64,000 nucleotides of DNA from assembly GCF_964355755.1 (NCBI RefSeq), contig NC_092673.1:15596948-15660947 (forward strand), given 5' to 3'. Positions 38,301 through 49,800 of this stretch are shown piece after piece. The first letter of the stretch is position 1. Each line of letters opens with the position of its first letter. This stretch comes from Antedon mediterranea. Taxonomy: Eukaryota; Animalia; Echinodermata. A model generated the notes under the pieces. The model saw only the letters and a program-made list of their open reading frames with translations. It was not told the DNA's origin and ran no database searches. The translations under genes and the position numbers were made by a program.

Positions 38301-39310
38301 CAGTGAAGAAAGTTCTAAACGAGTGTTTCAGCTGTAAGAGACGCCAATCATCAGTTGGGAAACAAAAAATGGCTTCACTTCCGCAAGACCGAGTAACACC
38401 TTCGAAGCCACCGTTCACGTACGTTGGTGTTGACTGCTTCGGCCCATTCGAAGTAAAAAGGGGGAGGTCAAATGTGAAGAGATATGGTGTCCTTTTCACG
38501 TGTCTCACTGTACGAGCAATCCACATCGAAGTTTCAAACTCACTTGACACGGAGTCATTCATGAATGCTATGAGAAGATTCATAGCACGAAGAGGACAGC
38601 CAGAAGAGATTCGATCAGATAATGGAGGAAACTTCAAAAAGGGAGAGAAGGAACTGAATAAAGCAATTAAAGAGTGGAATCAAGGACAAATCCATGAATT
38701 CTTGTTGCAACGAAATGTGAAATGGTTATTCAATCCACCAATGGGATCTCATCATGGAGGAGTATGGGAGCGCTGTATTCGGACAGTGAGGAAAGTCATG
38801 ATGGCTGTGCTGAAACAACAAGTGCTTGATGATGAAGGCCTAAACACTTTAATGTGTGAAGCAGAGGCTATTGTTAATGGTCGGCCGATTACTAAGATAT
38901 CGGATGACCCTCGTGACATGACGCCTTTAACTCCGAATCATTTACTGCTGTTGCGAGGAGGGAACAGCTTACCTCCTGGTAACTTTTCAAAGGAGGATAT
39001 GTATCGTCGACGATGGAAACAAGTACAGTACTTATCAAATGTGTTCTGGCGACGATGGGTACGGGAGTATTTACCGTCACTGCAACAAAGACAAAAATGG
39101 AATGTGCAAAAGAGAAACTTTGCTGTAGACGATGTTGTGCTTGTTCTTGACGAAAACACACCACGAAGTTCATGGCCATTGGGAAGAGTTCTTGAAGTGT
39201 ACAGCAACCAAAAGGATGGACTTGTACGGTCAGTGAAAGTAAAGACAAACACATCAACGCTTGTGAGACCAATTGACAAACTGGTCCTTCTTGAGAATGC
39301 GACCAACTAA
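35357..39310 (+). CDS. BEL/Pao polyprotein: Gag (DUF1759-like, Cys/His knuckles), aspartic protease, integrase; no RT or RNase H core
   Basis: CPLC...HWL...C, CINC...GH...C, CKISGC..KH...LH; AFLDNGS; NPADEASRG; integrase HH..GH..CFSC, GVDCFGP, RSDNG, GGVWER. Confidence 0.93.
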   Translation: MFDVEPSDSVSCVSSKRSSSSSRSRIRVKAEAAALRERAARQKEMHDLEMQELVLKQKKADVELQIEIGAIEAADKVYNEAEQDEDEAVDRELEDLSLPKLQIETTTPKLPSGNLPDQRFSPDYRSEYVPKEETELLGNPMLWQRTPQPAVFQPFNLDAPVFHQHKQIDAIDRLASTMMRAQDKQNEALRQIVQQQQQSVTALTLPNPSMKLYSGNPAEYCEFVTSFKHLVENKTVSQSARLHYLVQYTTGAVQELMRSCLSMSDDKGYVEARRLLKERYGQAYKIAAAHVQLLLDWPIIKVEDGIALQRFSTQLTSCANTLQEIGYLSKLDNPDNLRKIIERLPYRLRLRWREVVDTIIVKEKRDVNIKDITKFVTDKARVATHPVFGKIEPVKSTNSPNLDKLSTNHKSSSYAVHNSQSNTPVTSQPTCPLCCEDHWLSRCEQFRRKSLNDRWKCVNDKKICINCLTVGHFVKDCQKQSFCKISGCTKKHSTYLHPKGETASNAGTVAVQPVQTSPATFSGEQVNMSASRSTSTVTGLAAVPVRVKAPGSAKLVETYAFLDNGSNTTFCTTGLLKQLGISSNTVDLSLTTMNGVNRPIQCELTKLEILDLNHGHSVLLPNVYSVQTLPISTDTIATPDDINKWPHLAGIKVDKINADIGILIGSDVPELLQPLEVRACHDGGPFATRTLFGWVVNGPLGRKNSGSTHCANYIDSHEELSTQFKDYYNLEFNDSLYNPADEASRGMTVNELLINQRWKEGPEFLKQPERTWPQRPANLGEIPQDDPEVKAKSTVCATGINVIDSISSVINYYSSWEKLKKSFAWILRYKEKLREVVRRRKAGDDVSFNRNDTVDPINVLEMKGAEIAITKHVQKCFEDEQVCLKHVSLSQPCNTKKQRALPKSSKIYKLDPILSEGVIRVGGRLQNSPINGDMKHQIILPKNHHIVKLITTYYHHLSGHSGLEYTLSLVRQKFWPIDARTAVKKVLNECFSCKRRQSSVGKQKMASLPQDRVTPSKPPFTYVGVDCFGPFEVKRGRSNVKRYGVLFTCLTVRAIHIEVSNSLDTESFMNAMRRFIARRGQPEEIRSDNGGNFKKGEKELNKAIKEWNQGQIHEFLLQRNVKWLFNPPMGSHHGGVWERCIRTVRKVMMAVLKQQVLDDEGLNTLMCEAEAIVNGRPITKISDDPRDMTPLTPNHLLLLRGGNSLPPGNFSKEDMYRRRWKQVQYLSNVFWRRWVREYLPSLQQRQKWNVQKRNFAVDDVVLVLDENTPRSSWPLGRVLEVYSNQKDGLVRSVKVKTNTSTLVRPIDKLVLLENATN

Positions 39311-39475
39311 TTGGAAATATGAACTTTTGAACATTACAGATTGTTCTTCTTCGTTTTATAAGATCCAATTTTGGAATTTATCTTTTCCTTATAAATTTTA
39401 ACTATATTAGGTTTTTTGTTGACATGTTTATTTTTATGTAAAGGCTATCCATACGGTGCCTTTAAGGGGCCGGAA

Positions 39476-40145
39476 TGTTAACTTTGAAATGTATAATGTC
39501 GCCCTCTATTTCATGTTTGGGGAGCAAGAGGGCAGACTTGCTCAGAGTTGTGCTTTGGGCAAGGATAGTTCATAGCCTAGATAAATACACTGATAGTTAA
39601 AAATATGTACTGTAATCTATAGGTTCTGGTGAAGAAACAGATGTAAGTTTATGAGGCTTTATATTTAGATAATATAATCTTTTGTATCATTTAACTGTAG
39701 CCTACTAGATAATTACAAATTACTGACTCAATTATACTATAATCTAGGCCTAGGCCTAGGCTAGGCCTACTGTTAAATTGAAGTAATGATGGTAATACAG
39801 TAATGATGAATCGATCATTTTCTATAAATCTAGTTTAATATGATTGTTGAGCTATTTAGCTTAGATGTTCCAATTGTTATACCAATTGATTATTTAATTA
39901 CAATGACGGCTTTAATTATCCATTAATTTACAGTTTAAACCGTTCGATCTATCGTTCGTTCCACTGCTGTGTGTTCGTTCAACATCTATCCATTGTGTGC
40001 TCAACCAATTTGTTCGACCATTCAACCAATTTGTCAAATCGTTCGTTTCATTGCCGTGTTGAATAAACATTATTTATATCTATACCTTTGTGAACGCGTT
40101 TAATTCGTTTTGACTCCCAGAACCGCACGTGACGTCAAGGTTATA
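39476..40145 (+). repeat. 3' LTR
   Basis: Direct repeat of 34644-35313. Confidence 0.93.
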
Positions 40146-40823
40146 AGGTTTACTGTTATAGTTATTATTGTTATATGGTTACGTACGTAATTATACCTAT
40201 GACGATAAATTGATTTGTATCCGTCATTGTTTTACTGTTTATTGTGTCTGACAGAAAATTTATTAACAGTATATTCTGCTAAGCCAAAAGTTATTCAGAT
40301 ATTTAATATTCTGGCGCATACATTATCATTAAAACAATGGCATGTTGAAGGTCCTAGTGTCCGCAATACCTTTGTACCATAATATACAATTATCATATAT
40401 TAATATTTAATTTCTGATCATGCTGAAAAGACAAAAACAATTACCATGACAATCAACTAATATTTGTTAATTGCCTAAATAAATTACAGTAACTGATAAT
40501 AATATTTCATTTTTCAGAAAAGAGATTGCAAGCCTAATCTACTAAAAACATTAGACACTGACACTAGACACTTACACATGCTATATTGTATGTTACTTCC
40601 ATTTTCATCTGCTCTAATTTGGTTCAATGGATTGTGTCAGTTATATTTGTTTACAACTAGCAAACGTAAATTTCTAGCCCTATTATTATTCTTATACTTA
40701 AAAAACGAACATTTATTTTTATAAAGGATAGGTGGAACTTAAACAAAAGACAATACAACATTTGTAAATGATTTGTACAAAATAAAACAATTTAAAAAAA
40801 TTAAACACACAGCGTGGCTATTG

Positions 40824-43800
40824 TCACCTTTTTGGGGTCGATACACACCATGGGGTGAGGTTCTCATCACATATTAATTTTACATGATATATTGTACATG
40901 AAGCGCCCTCTATTTTCAGCTTATGCGTACGAATAAGTTCATATTGTAAGGTATCCAAACCAGTTAAACGGTCTCGCTTAAATGAGTCCTGTAAGAAAAC
41001 AAAAAACAAGCAAATTTTAATATATTTCTTAATATCTGCAGCTGGAAAGTTTGGCCAAGGTGGAGAATATTATTACGCTCTGCTTAGAGTAGTTTTATAA
41101 AACAAAATGTGATTGCCCATATATGGTAGATGACATAATCGTGTCCATATATGGACACATCACATTTGTTGTCACAACGTTTGATAGCTTAAAGCTCTGT
41201 CTACACTTTACGCGACAACTAACTGTGATGTGCCCATATGGATATGATGATGTCATATCACTACCATATTTGGGCACATTACACTTTTTTATCAAAATAG
41301 TATAGACGGATGTGAATGTGACATGCATTGCGTTAAATGTAGGATTTAGACTGAATAAATTAAAAAAACAATATTTATTTTTCAAACCTTTCTTTGTTCA
41401 TGTGACCTTTCCATGTCTCGAGGCCTTCGTACTTTATCATGCATATGATAGAAAGACTCACGTCCTGTTGTTATTCCTTCCGGTCTAGAAATCTTTAAAA
41501 AAAAAAACATTTTTTTGTAATCAAACTAACAATTACAGATGACTTAATGCAAGTTCATATTAAATCTACTTGAGAAAGAAAATTATGGCAGGATGACAGT
41601 GGCGAATTCAGGATTGTGAAATAGGGGGACCTAAAAATGGTGAAGAGCTGGGCTTAAATCGATGTTTTATTACATTACTTTTTGTGAAATTAATATTTAT
41701 ATCCATTATTAAATCTATCCATCTATTAAATAGTACATGTCTATGTTTTATACCAAGCAATGCGTGAACTACCAATAATTAATTAATTGTCTCAACAATA
41801 TTGTTATTAAATGTTATATCGGACAACAAAAAAGAGGTAAAAAGAAAAGGTAGAAAGAAAAGATAACTCAACCCATACTTCAATAATATATAACTATATA
41901 CATAGATATTGTTTCAAGAAATAAACAGAAATTAATATCCTGCATTGTAAAACAAGGACTTGTCATCCCAACAACTGTTTAGGTTATTAGTTTTTGTTTG
42001 TTAACGAATTTTTAATTACAATTTGTTTTATGTACCGAAAAATATGGCCGATTCCGCTGAACGGCGCAAAATTGTGTTCAATGTAACTACCGGTATATTT
42101 ATTTGACTGATTTTCATGGCTGTTTCGGCATTTTTTATGCCTAATTAATTAGCTACAATTTAATGTAATTTTTAATTCCTAATTTTATGAATCTTCGTCG
42201 GCATTGAATTTTATAGTAAAATGATCCAAAAATGTTAAAGTATAGACAAGTAGTCGTGAATTTTCAGTGACCAGCTATCAACAATTGTGTTTAGGTCGTG
42301 TTTTCGCAGAAATGTATTTCTCATTCGATTTATGACCACTTTTTTATTCTATCTATAGCTAAATGTGACTTATTGCATACACATCACTATTTCTGAAGAG
42401 CATAATTACAAACAAAGCTCTCACAAAAAAATATCAAATAAAATACACCACGAAAAATATATAGTTTGGTAATCTATACTTTAGGGTCTGCCTTCATCAT
42501 CTAATTTCGACTACCACAACCATGTTCACATTACGGTAAGCAGAAGTCGTTTTTATTATTCCAATACTTCACATCTTATTTCTATTAATTACTAATTCAT
42601 ATGTTATCATTGAAATATTTTAAACTGCGACTGACGGACAGAGTCCCTCTCATGCAAGTTGTCACTTTATAATGTATACTTTATAATGTAGACCCTAGAA
42701 TATTCACATAGCACAATTTTTTTTAGCGTCTTTTATGTTCGTAAAGTCCCATATCCAGTATTGCTTTTATTTTTGGTCTTGCAGATATTTTTGAAAGTGA
42801 AGGAATACTTTGTGTATAACAAAATCAATGATATACTGTTTAAAGGTTTGCATGGCGAAATCAAATTTTCATATAAAGTTTCTGAAAAGAACCGTTGAGT
42901 TTCTCAACGTTTCTATCAATATGCTTTGATCGAGAAATCTCACTCCACAAATCATAACAAAATCAATGATTTTATTCTTGACAATTTGTTTTTTTAATAA
43001 TTTGTACCTTTATCAAGAGTGTGCTTTTATTATACTTAATCATCCCATGCGAATTAGTATAACCCCATACTAAGGCGGAGCTCGGGTTACTGCTAGTACG
43101 TTCTTTTATTTAGTTTAGGTGTGCAAATAAAAGCGAATGTAGACAATAATTTTTCGAATCAGTGCTTGGAAAATGTACTTAGACACTTAGACTAGGCAGA
43201 AGGGGCTTCATTTTATACGTCCTTCTACTTTATACTCCTTTGTTGTTTTTTTCATCGTAGGAAAAATATATGTTTTTGCCACTCGAGCTCCCCTAGCCAC
43301 CTGTGCTGACCATTGTTGGGCCTGAGGCAAGAACATTTTTGGAATATGAACATTTTAGATCAAAGTTCTGGCTTTTAATTATATGGTTAAAACTACTAAT
43401 TTTCATTTTGGCAAAAACTTGCTGTGTTTCAAGCGGAGCCTGCTGGTGTGATCTCTCAAACCTCTGTGTAGCTTTCAGAGGTATATCCAAGTTATATCAC
43501 ACACTATAAGCACTGTACTTTACAAACTTAAAACCGACGTGTTTGTGTGATCTCTTAAACCTATGACGTTAACTCCGATAGCATCTCTGATGTTAAGATA
43601 TATCACACAATTAAAAAAAACAGCTTGCGTTATTACTGCTCCAGTCATCACCACATCTGTATCTGTATCAGGTTGCACAATAATTCGCGAGGATCCGTCA
43701 CAGAAAGCAACCCTTTCAGTTTTTACAACAAAACGATTTACTGTAGGCCTACACCTATATTGTCTAAACGAACAACAAACACATTTCAGATATCATTTTG

Positions 43801-46800
43801 TTAGTAAAGTTTCACCAAAATATTTATTTGCCATAAAAATATATATACCGTATTGTTTTAATACATTTCTTTGTATACAAATCTATAAAATTACAATCCA
43901 AATATTGCACATTTTGAAAGTTGCAAATATGACAGAGATTCAGTATAAAATATAATATTGATTATTGAATTTGAAAATAATGAATGTGTTATACTGGTAA
44001 GATGTTTTTTTTTTCAGATATTAAGTTTGGATAGAAGAGAGATAAGATCGTCAATTGGTGGTCGAGTTTTCTTGCATCTCACGGCCAACTCATTAAGTTG
44101 CTGCCAATGGCATGCCTGGGCTACTTCACACATAACAAAGCAGAGGGCAAAGATGTCGCTTGATGTTACTTCAGCAGCAGGTGGTTCCACAAGTGGTGAT
44201 GTTATTCCACCCATGTCAATAATCTTGCCCATCCATTCTTCACTTTCATGTGAAAGTAGAATGTTTTCTGCCTTTATGTCATTATGTGCAATTTTGTTCT
44301 GGTGGAGAAACTTCACACCATCAGATACTGTCAATAGAATGTTAAGAATTGACCTCCTGTTTATGTTGGCGAATTTACTCTTTATTGCTTTTCTAAGAGT
44401 AAGAGATGAACTGTCAACTGCAATAAATGAAGAGACAATTTGGATGATGTTATTATCATCTCTTACTACGCCAAACATGAACGGAAATGATGGATGAGCA
44501 GAACATAGTTGCATTGTGCGAGCCTCTAGGTTGATGTTATCTGCACTGCCATTTAAGATGGTTTTGACAGCAACCAATGAGTTGGTCGGAGTGTGTCTCA
44601 TCAGAGAAACTTCCCCGAAAGCGCCTTCACCGATGACCACTGGTGTTTTCATCTCGTCAACTGGTTTTAGATCCTTCTGGTTGATCACGTTCACGGTTGG
44701 CAGGAGACTCAGTAATACATCTGTCTTGTCTTTTCCTCGGTTTAAATCTGTTTGAGCCGATAGCTGAAATCTATTTTTTTTTTAAGTAAAGAAGTTATAT
44801 GATTTACCATTTTGTTTACAGAAATATCAGATAATATATTGCCTGCTTATATAATTTGTTAGGCCTACAATAAAAAATAATTATCTGTTAATGAGGAGAC
44901 TCTTTAATAACACTTGAGGAAGTCGTACAATGACATTCTCAGTCTCAGAAGTCAACATCAGAATCCTATTTATAGACCTTATTGTGATGATATCAGATAA
45001 TCCTACCTTTGAACTTCTTCAAACAATTCCATAACCTTATTCTCTTCATTCTTTAAAAGTTTCTTGAGATTGTCTAGTTCTCTTTCTTTTTGATCGCAAT
45101 CAACACAGCTAAAAAAATAAACAATACCTGAATAATTTGCTTTGAATTAGCTTGTAATTAACGTGTAATTGTTATTATTGTAATTTCCTTTGCATTTTAT
45201 CTATAGTTTTTTTTTCAAAATTAAGCTTATTACAAATATAATATTTTAAATTCATTAGTGAACTGGGGGTTAGATCTATTTTGGTTATTATTGTACGGAC
45301 CCTACACATACCCTTGTTTTCTTGCACTATCTGAACGTTGTTTACTCTTTAACATCTTCTTGGCTTCATTCAGTTGTTCCTTTGCTTCCTTATATTTACT
45401 TTCATATCTGTTTGAATTATATTTTAATAAGTTGTAAGATATATTTCTAATTTTTACAACATGTAATTTCAAAGACTTTGAGAAAAAGGTGTCAACAATA
45501 TTGTTGTATTTATGATTATTATTGAATGTTGATAATAAAGACTATGATGAGAAGATGATGATGAAATTGTTGGTGTTGAAGATAATCATAACGATGATAA
45601 TAGTGGAAACAAGTTGTAATAATAATGCTATAATCAATAAATACCAGGTTAGCTTTTTATTCAATGGTATCAATTGATTTAGCTAACAAATCCTTTCATG
45701 ATGGATGTAGTGAATTATCACAACATTGAAAATGGGGTTAGCTTTTTCAATATAAACATTATACTTACTTAGTGTTTGTAGCATTAAGTAATTCTGTTCT
45801 CTTTTTCAAAACTTTCTTCAACTGCTCATTTTCTTTCTCCAACTCTTCTACAAGCTCTTCAATTTCTTTCTTCTCTTTGGTATGTTGGCAATATTTCTCA
45901 TTCAGCCTGAATTGGCAATTGAACATAATGTTAGATGTGTTGAAAATAGCATTAGCACAGATGGTTACTGTAGCTCCTAGTATTTAACTTTTGAATATTT
46001 ACTTGGCATTTACAGCTTCAAGACATTCAAACTCTTTCTGTAAATCTTTCATTTCATTTGAAATTTTCTTTACTTCTTCCCTCATTCTGAAATTATAATA
46101 AAAATGTTTAAAAAAATTATCTAATAAAAAACAATGATAGGTTAATAAATAACTGTAAAAGTTGTTACAGATCAAACTGTTAAAATATTTACTTGGCATT
46201 TACAGCTTCTAGACATTCAAACTCTTTCTGCAAATCTTTCCTTTCACTTAACACTTTCTTTACTTCATCATCTTTGTTTTTAAACTCTTCCATCATTCTG
46301 AATTAAAAATAAAAATGTTTGAATGTGTTGAAAAATTATCAAATAACAAATAGGGTTAGCTTAACAAGTAACTGTAAAAGTTGTCAAAGATAAAACTGTT
46401 CAATACTTACTTGGCATTTACAGCTTTTAACTCTTTCTGTAGTTCCTTCTTTTCATTTGACAATTTCTTTATTTCCTTACTATTGTTTTTAGAATCTTCC
46501 ATCATTCTGAAATTAAGATAACAATGTTGGTGTTGCAATATTATCAAATAAAAAATATGGTTAGCCTAATAAACTGTAGCTCCATTACAATTATACCTAG
46601 ATACAAAAGTAAAAATGTCAATATTTACTTGGCATTTACAGCTTCTAGACATTCCAACTTTTTCTGTAAGTCTTTCCTTTCATTTCCAACTTTCTTTATT
46701 TCATCACCTTTGTTTTTAAACTCTTCCATCATTCTGAAATGAAAATGTTTGAAGTGTTGAAAAATGATATAGGGTTAGCTTAATAAATTATTATTGTAGC

Positions 46801-49800
46801 TCCTTTACTATTCAAATAATTATGTTACAAAGATGAACTGATCAATACTTACTGGGCATTTACAGCTTCCAACTCTTTCTTTTCATTTCCAACTTTCTTT
46901 ACTTCATCATCTTTATTTTTCAAATCTTTCATCATTCTGAAATAGAAATGTTTGAGGTATTGAAAATGATAGAGGGTGAGCTTAATAAATGGTTATTGTA
47001 GCTCCATTATTATATACATTTGTTACAAAGGTAAATTGATCAATACTTACTTGGTATTTACAGCTTCTAACTCTTTTTTTTCATTTGACAATATCTTTAT
47101 TTCCTCACTATTGATACTAGAATCTTCCATCATTCTAAAATTAAGATTAAAAAGGTTTGAATGTCTTGGCAAATTATCAAATAACAAATAGGGTTAGCTT
47201 AATAAATAATTGCAAAAGTTAAGATAAAATGTTCAATACTTACTTGGCATTTACAGCTTCTAACTCTTTCTGTACTTCTTTCTTTTCATTTGACAATTTC
47301 ATTTTTTCCTCACTATCATTTCTAGAATCTTCCATCATTCTGAAATTACGATAAACATTTTGGATGTGTTGCAATGTTATCAAACATAGGGTTAGCTTAA
47401 TCAACTGTAGCTCCATTAATTTAAACTTAGATACAAAAATAAACATTTTAATAATATTTACTTGGCATTTACAGCTTCCAACTCTTTCTGTAAATCTTTC
47501 TTTTCACTTAATACTTTGTTTACTTTATCATCTTTGTTTTTTAACTCTTTTATCATTCTGAAATAATAATAAAATGTTTTAAGTATTGAAAAATGATAGG
47601 GTGAGCTTAAATAATAAATTGTTATTGAGCTTCATTACTATTCAAATAACTATGTTACAAAGAACTGATCAATACTTACTGGGCATTTACAGCTTCCAAC
47701 TCTTTCTGTAAATCTTTCTTTTCACTTAACAAACTTTTTATTTCATCATCTTTGTTTCTAAACTCTTCCATCATTCTAAAAAATAAAAATCAACGAAGTG
47801 TTGACAAATTATCAAATCAAAAATATAGGTTAACTGTAGCTCCATTTTTACTATTCAAATTTGTTACAAAGATGAACTTTTCAATATTTACTTGGAATTT
47901 ACAGCTTCCAACTCTTTATTTTCATTTCCAACTTTCTTTATTTCCTCATCTTTGTTTGTAAACACTTCCATCATTCTGGCTTTCTTCTCATTTAATACTT
48001 TCTTCAGCTCTCCGTTTCTTTTCTTAAACTCTTTTACTAGCCTTTCACTTGCTTTTTTTCTATAAACATAATAATAATATAAAACATTCAGGTATATAAC
48101 AATTAACACATTACATTTTGATACTATTATAAAAATATTGTATAACATAATTGATCCTTTTAGCTGTTTTTATTTTGTTCATACTTTTCTCTTAATTTCT
48201 CTGCTTCCATTTCAATAGCTTCCATATCGTTTCTCTTAGTTGAAGCACATTCAACGTGACACAGGAATGTACTTATGATCTTAAAACAATTATTTAATAA
48301 GAAATTGAATTAATATTTGTTAGATAAAATTAAATGTTGTTGAATGAAAGTTAATTAATAGTGATAATAATAATGTGAAACTTGCAAGACATATTTTTCC
48401 TACCTTGTTGCCTTCCATTGTCCGCATAAATACCAAATCACCTGGATTAACAGTATTTCTTTTTGATGCTGAAAGTGGATCGGCATCTGGTTGGAATGAT
48501 CCTGTTACTGGCTTCTTCTTCAACAGATTCATTCCTGTTGTATGCAGTTGCGGATCAAAGCTACAGTACAAATACAAATAGAATGAATCCAGACATTGTT
48601 TTATTTGATCAAATTCAACAAATTTAAAAATAAATTACATGGGCTTCTATATGCTGGGTCAGGAACGCCATGTGTAGGAAGAGCAGAATATTAGGCCCTA
48701 GCCCTAATATCTAGGCTAGGTAGGCCTACCTAGAGGTAGGCTTAGTCTAGCCTAACCAGACCCAGGCCCTAGTCTAGCTACAGAGGCAGAAGGCCTAGTA
48801 CTAGCTAAGCCTAGGCTAGTCCATGTCCATTCATACATAGAGGAATACTTTATTTATAATATTGCCTAGCCTCCTAGCTAGTAGAGGCCCTTTTACTATT
48901 TTAGTATTAGGTAGGCATTAGTTAGTTAGGGCCTAGCTAGACTAGGCAGGCCTACTACAGTACTTAGTAGTAGGCCTAGGCCTATATATAGGCCTAGCCA
49001 AGCTAGGCCCTAACTAACTAGTAGGTAGGCCTAGCTAAAGAAGGCTAAAAACTAGCCTAGGCCTCTGGGCTTACCTTACTACTACTAGTAGGGCCTAGGC
49101 CTCCTACCTTAGGCCTATCTAAAGGCTACTAGGCCTAGAGGGGCCTAGCTAGGACAAGCCCTAGCCTAGCTAGGCCCTATACTATAGCCTAGTAGGCCTC
49201 TAGGTAGAGAGAGGTAGGCCTAGTTAGCCTAACTAAGGCTACTACTACTACTACTACTACTAGCCTAGCCTAGGCCTAGCCTAGGCTAGGGCCAGGCTAG
49301 AGGCTGGTGGTTAAAACTTACCGTCGTGAACGGCGCAAAAAAGGAAGTAGATTGATGCTAGAATTCATATTGCTAGCTTAGACGTATAAATACAAATATT
49401 TAGGATGCGTAAAGGTAAATTAATTCGTCGTATTTAAAACCAGAAAAAAACAATTCTGACGACTGATATGAATGAGGAGCTCCGGCCGCTCCTCGGTGCC
49501 TTTTATACATTTCAGTGTGCGTGCCACCTTGTACGTCATAAAAACAATATCGCGTGTCCGGATTTATGTTCTAAATACGCGCGTCATAAAACCATTGTTT
49601 GCTTTACAAAAAAACTATATTGATTATCTTATTAATCACCTAATTCAAATTATGTAGTATTAGTATATATCATAAGTATAACTCATTCTTTTAATTCTAG
49701 TAATTTTTACTATTGTAATTAATTTATATTATTGAGGCGTGTTATCGAATTTAATGTGCTACTGGAATGATCCGGTGACAAAGGACGTAAAACCAAGTAG

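Larger units (their letters stand above)
34644..40145 (+). mobile_element. BEL/Pao LTR retrotransposon, recent, RT/RNase H-deleted, 5-bp TSD aggtt
   Basis: 670-bp LTRs; TSD at 34639-34643 and 40146-40150; empty site atctaggtttac at ~16591-16602; PPT aaggggccggaa before the 3' LTR. Confidence 0.95.

Noticed and set aside
38218-39368. Minus-strand ORFs of 122-158 aa within the BEL element
   Set aside because: Antisense shadows of the integrase coding region.
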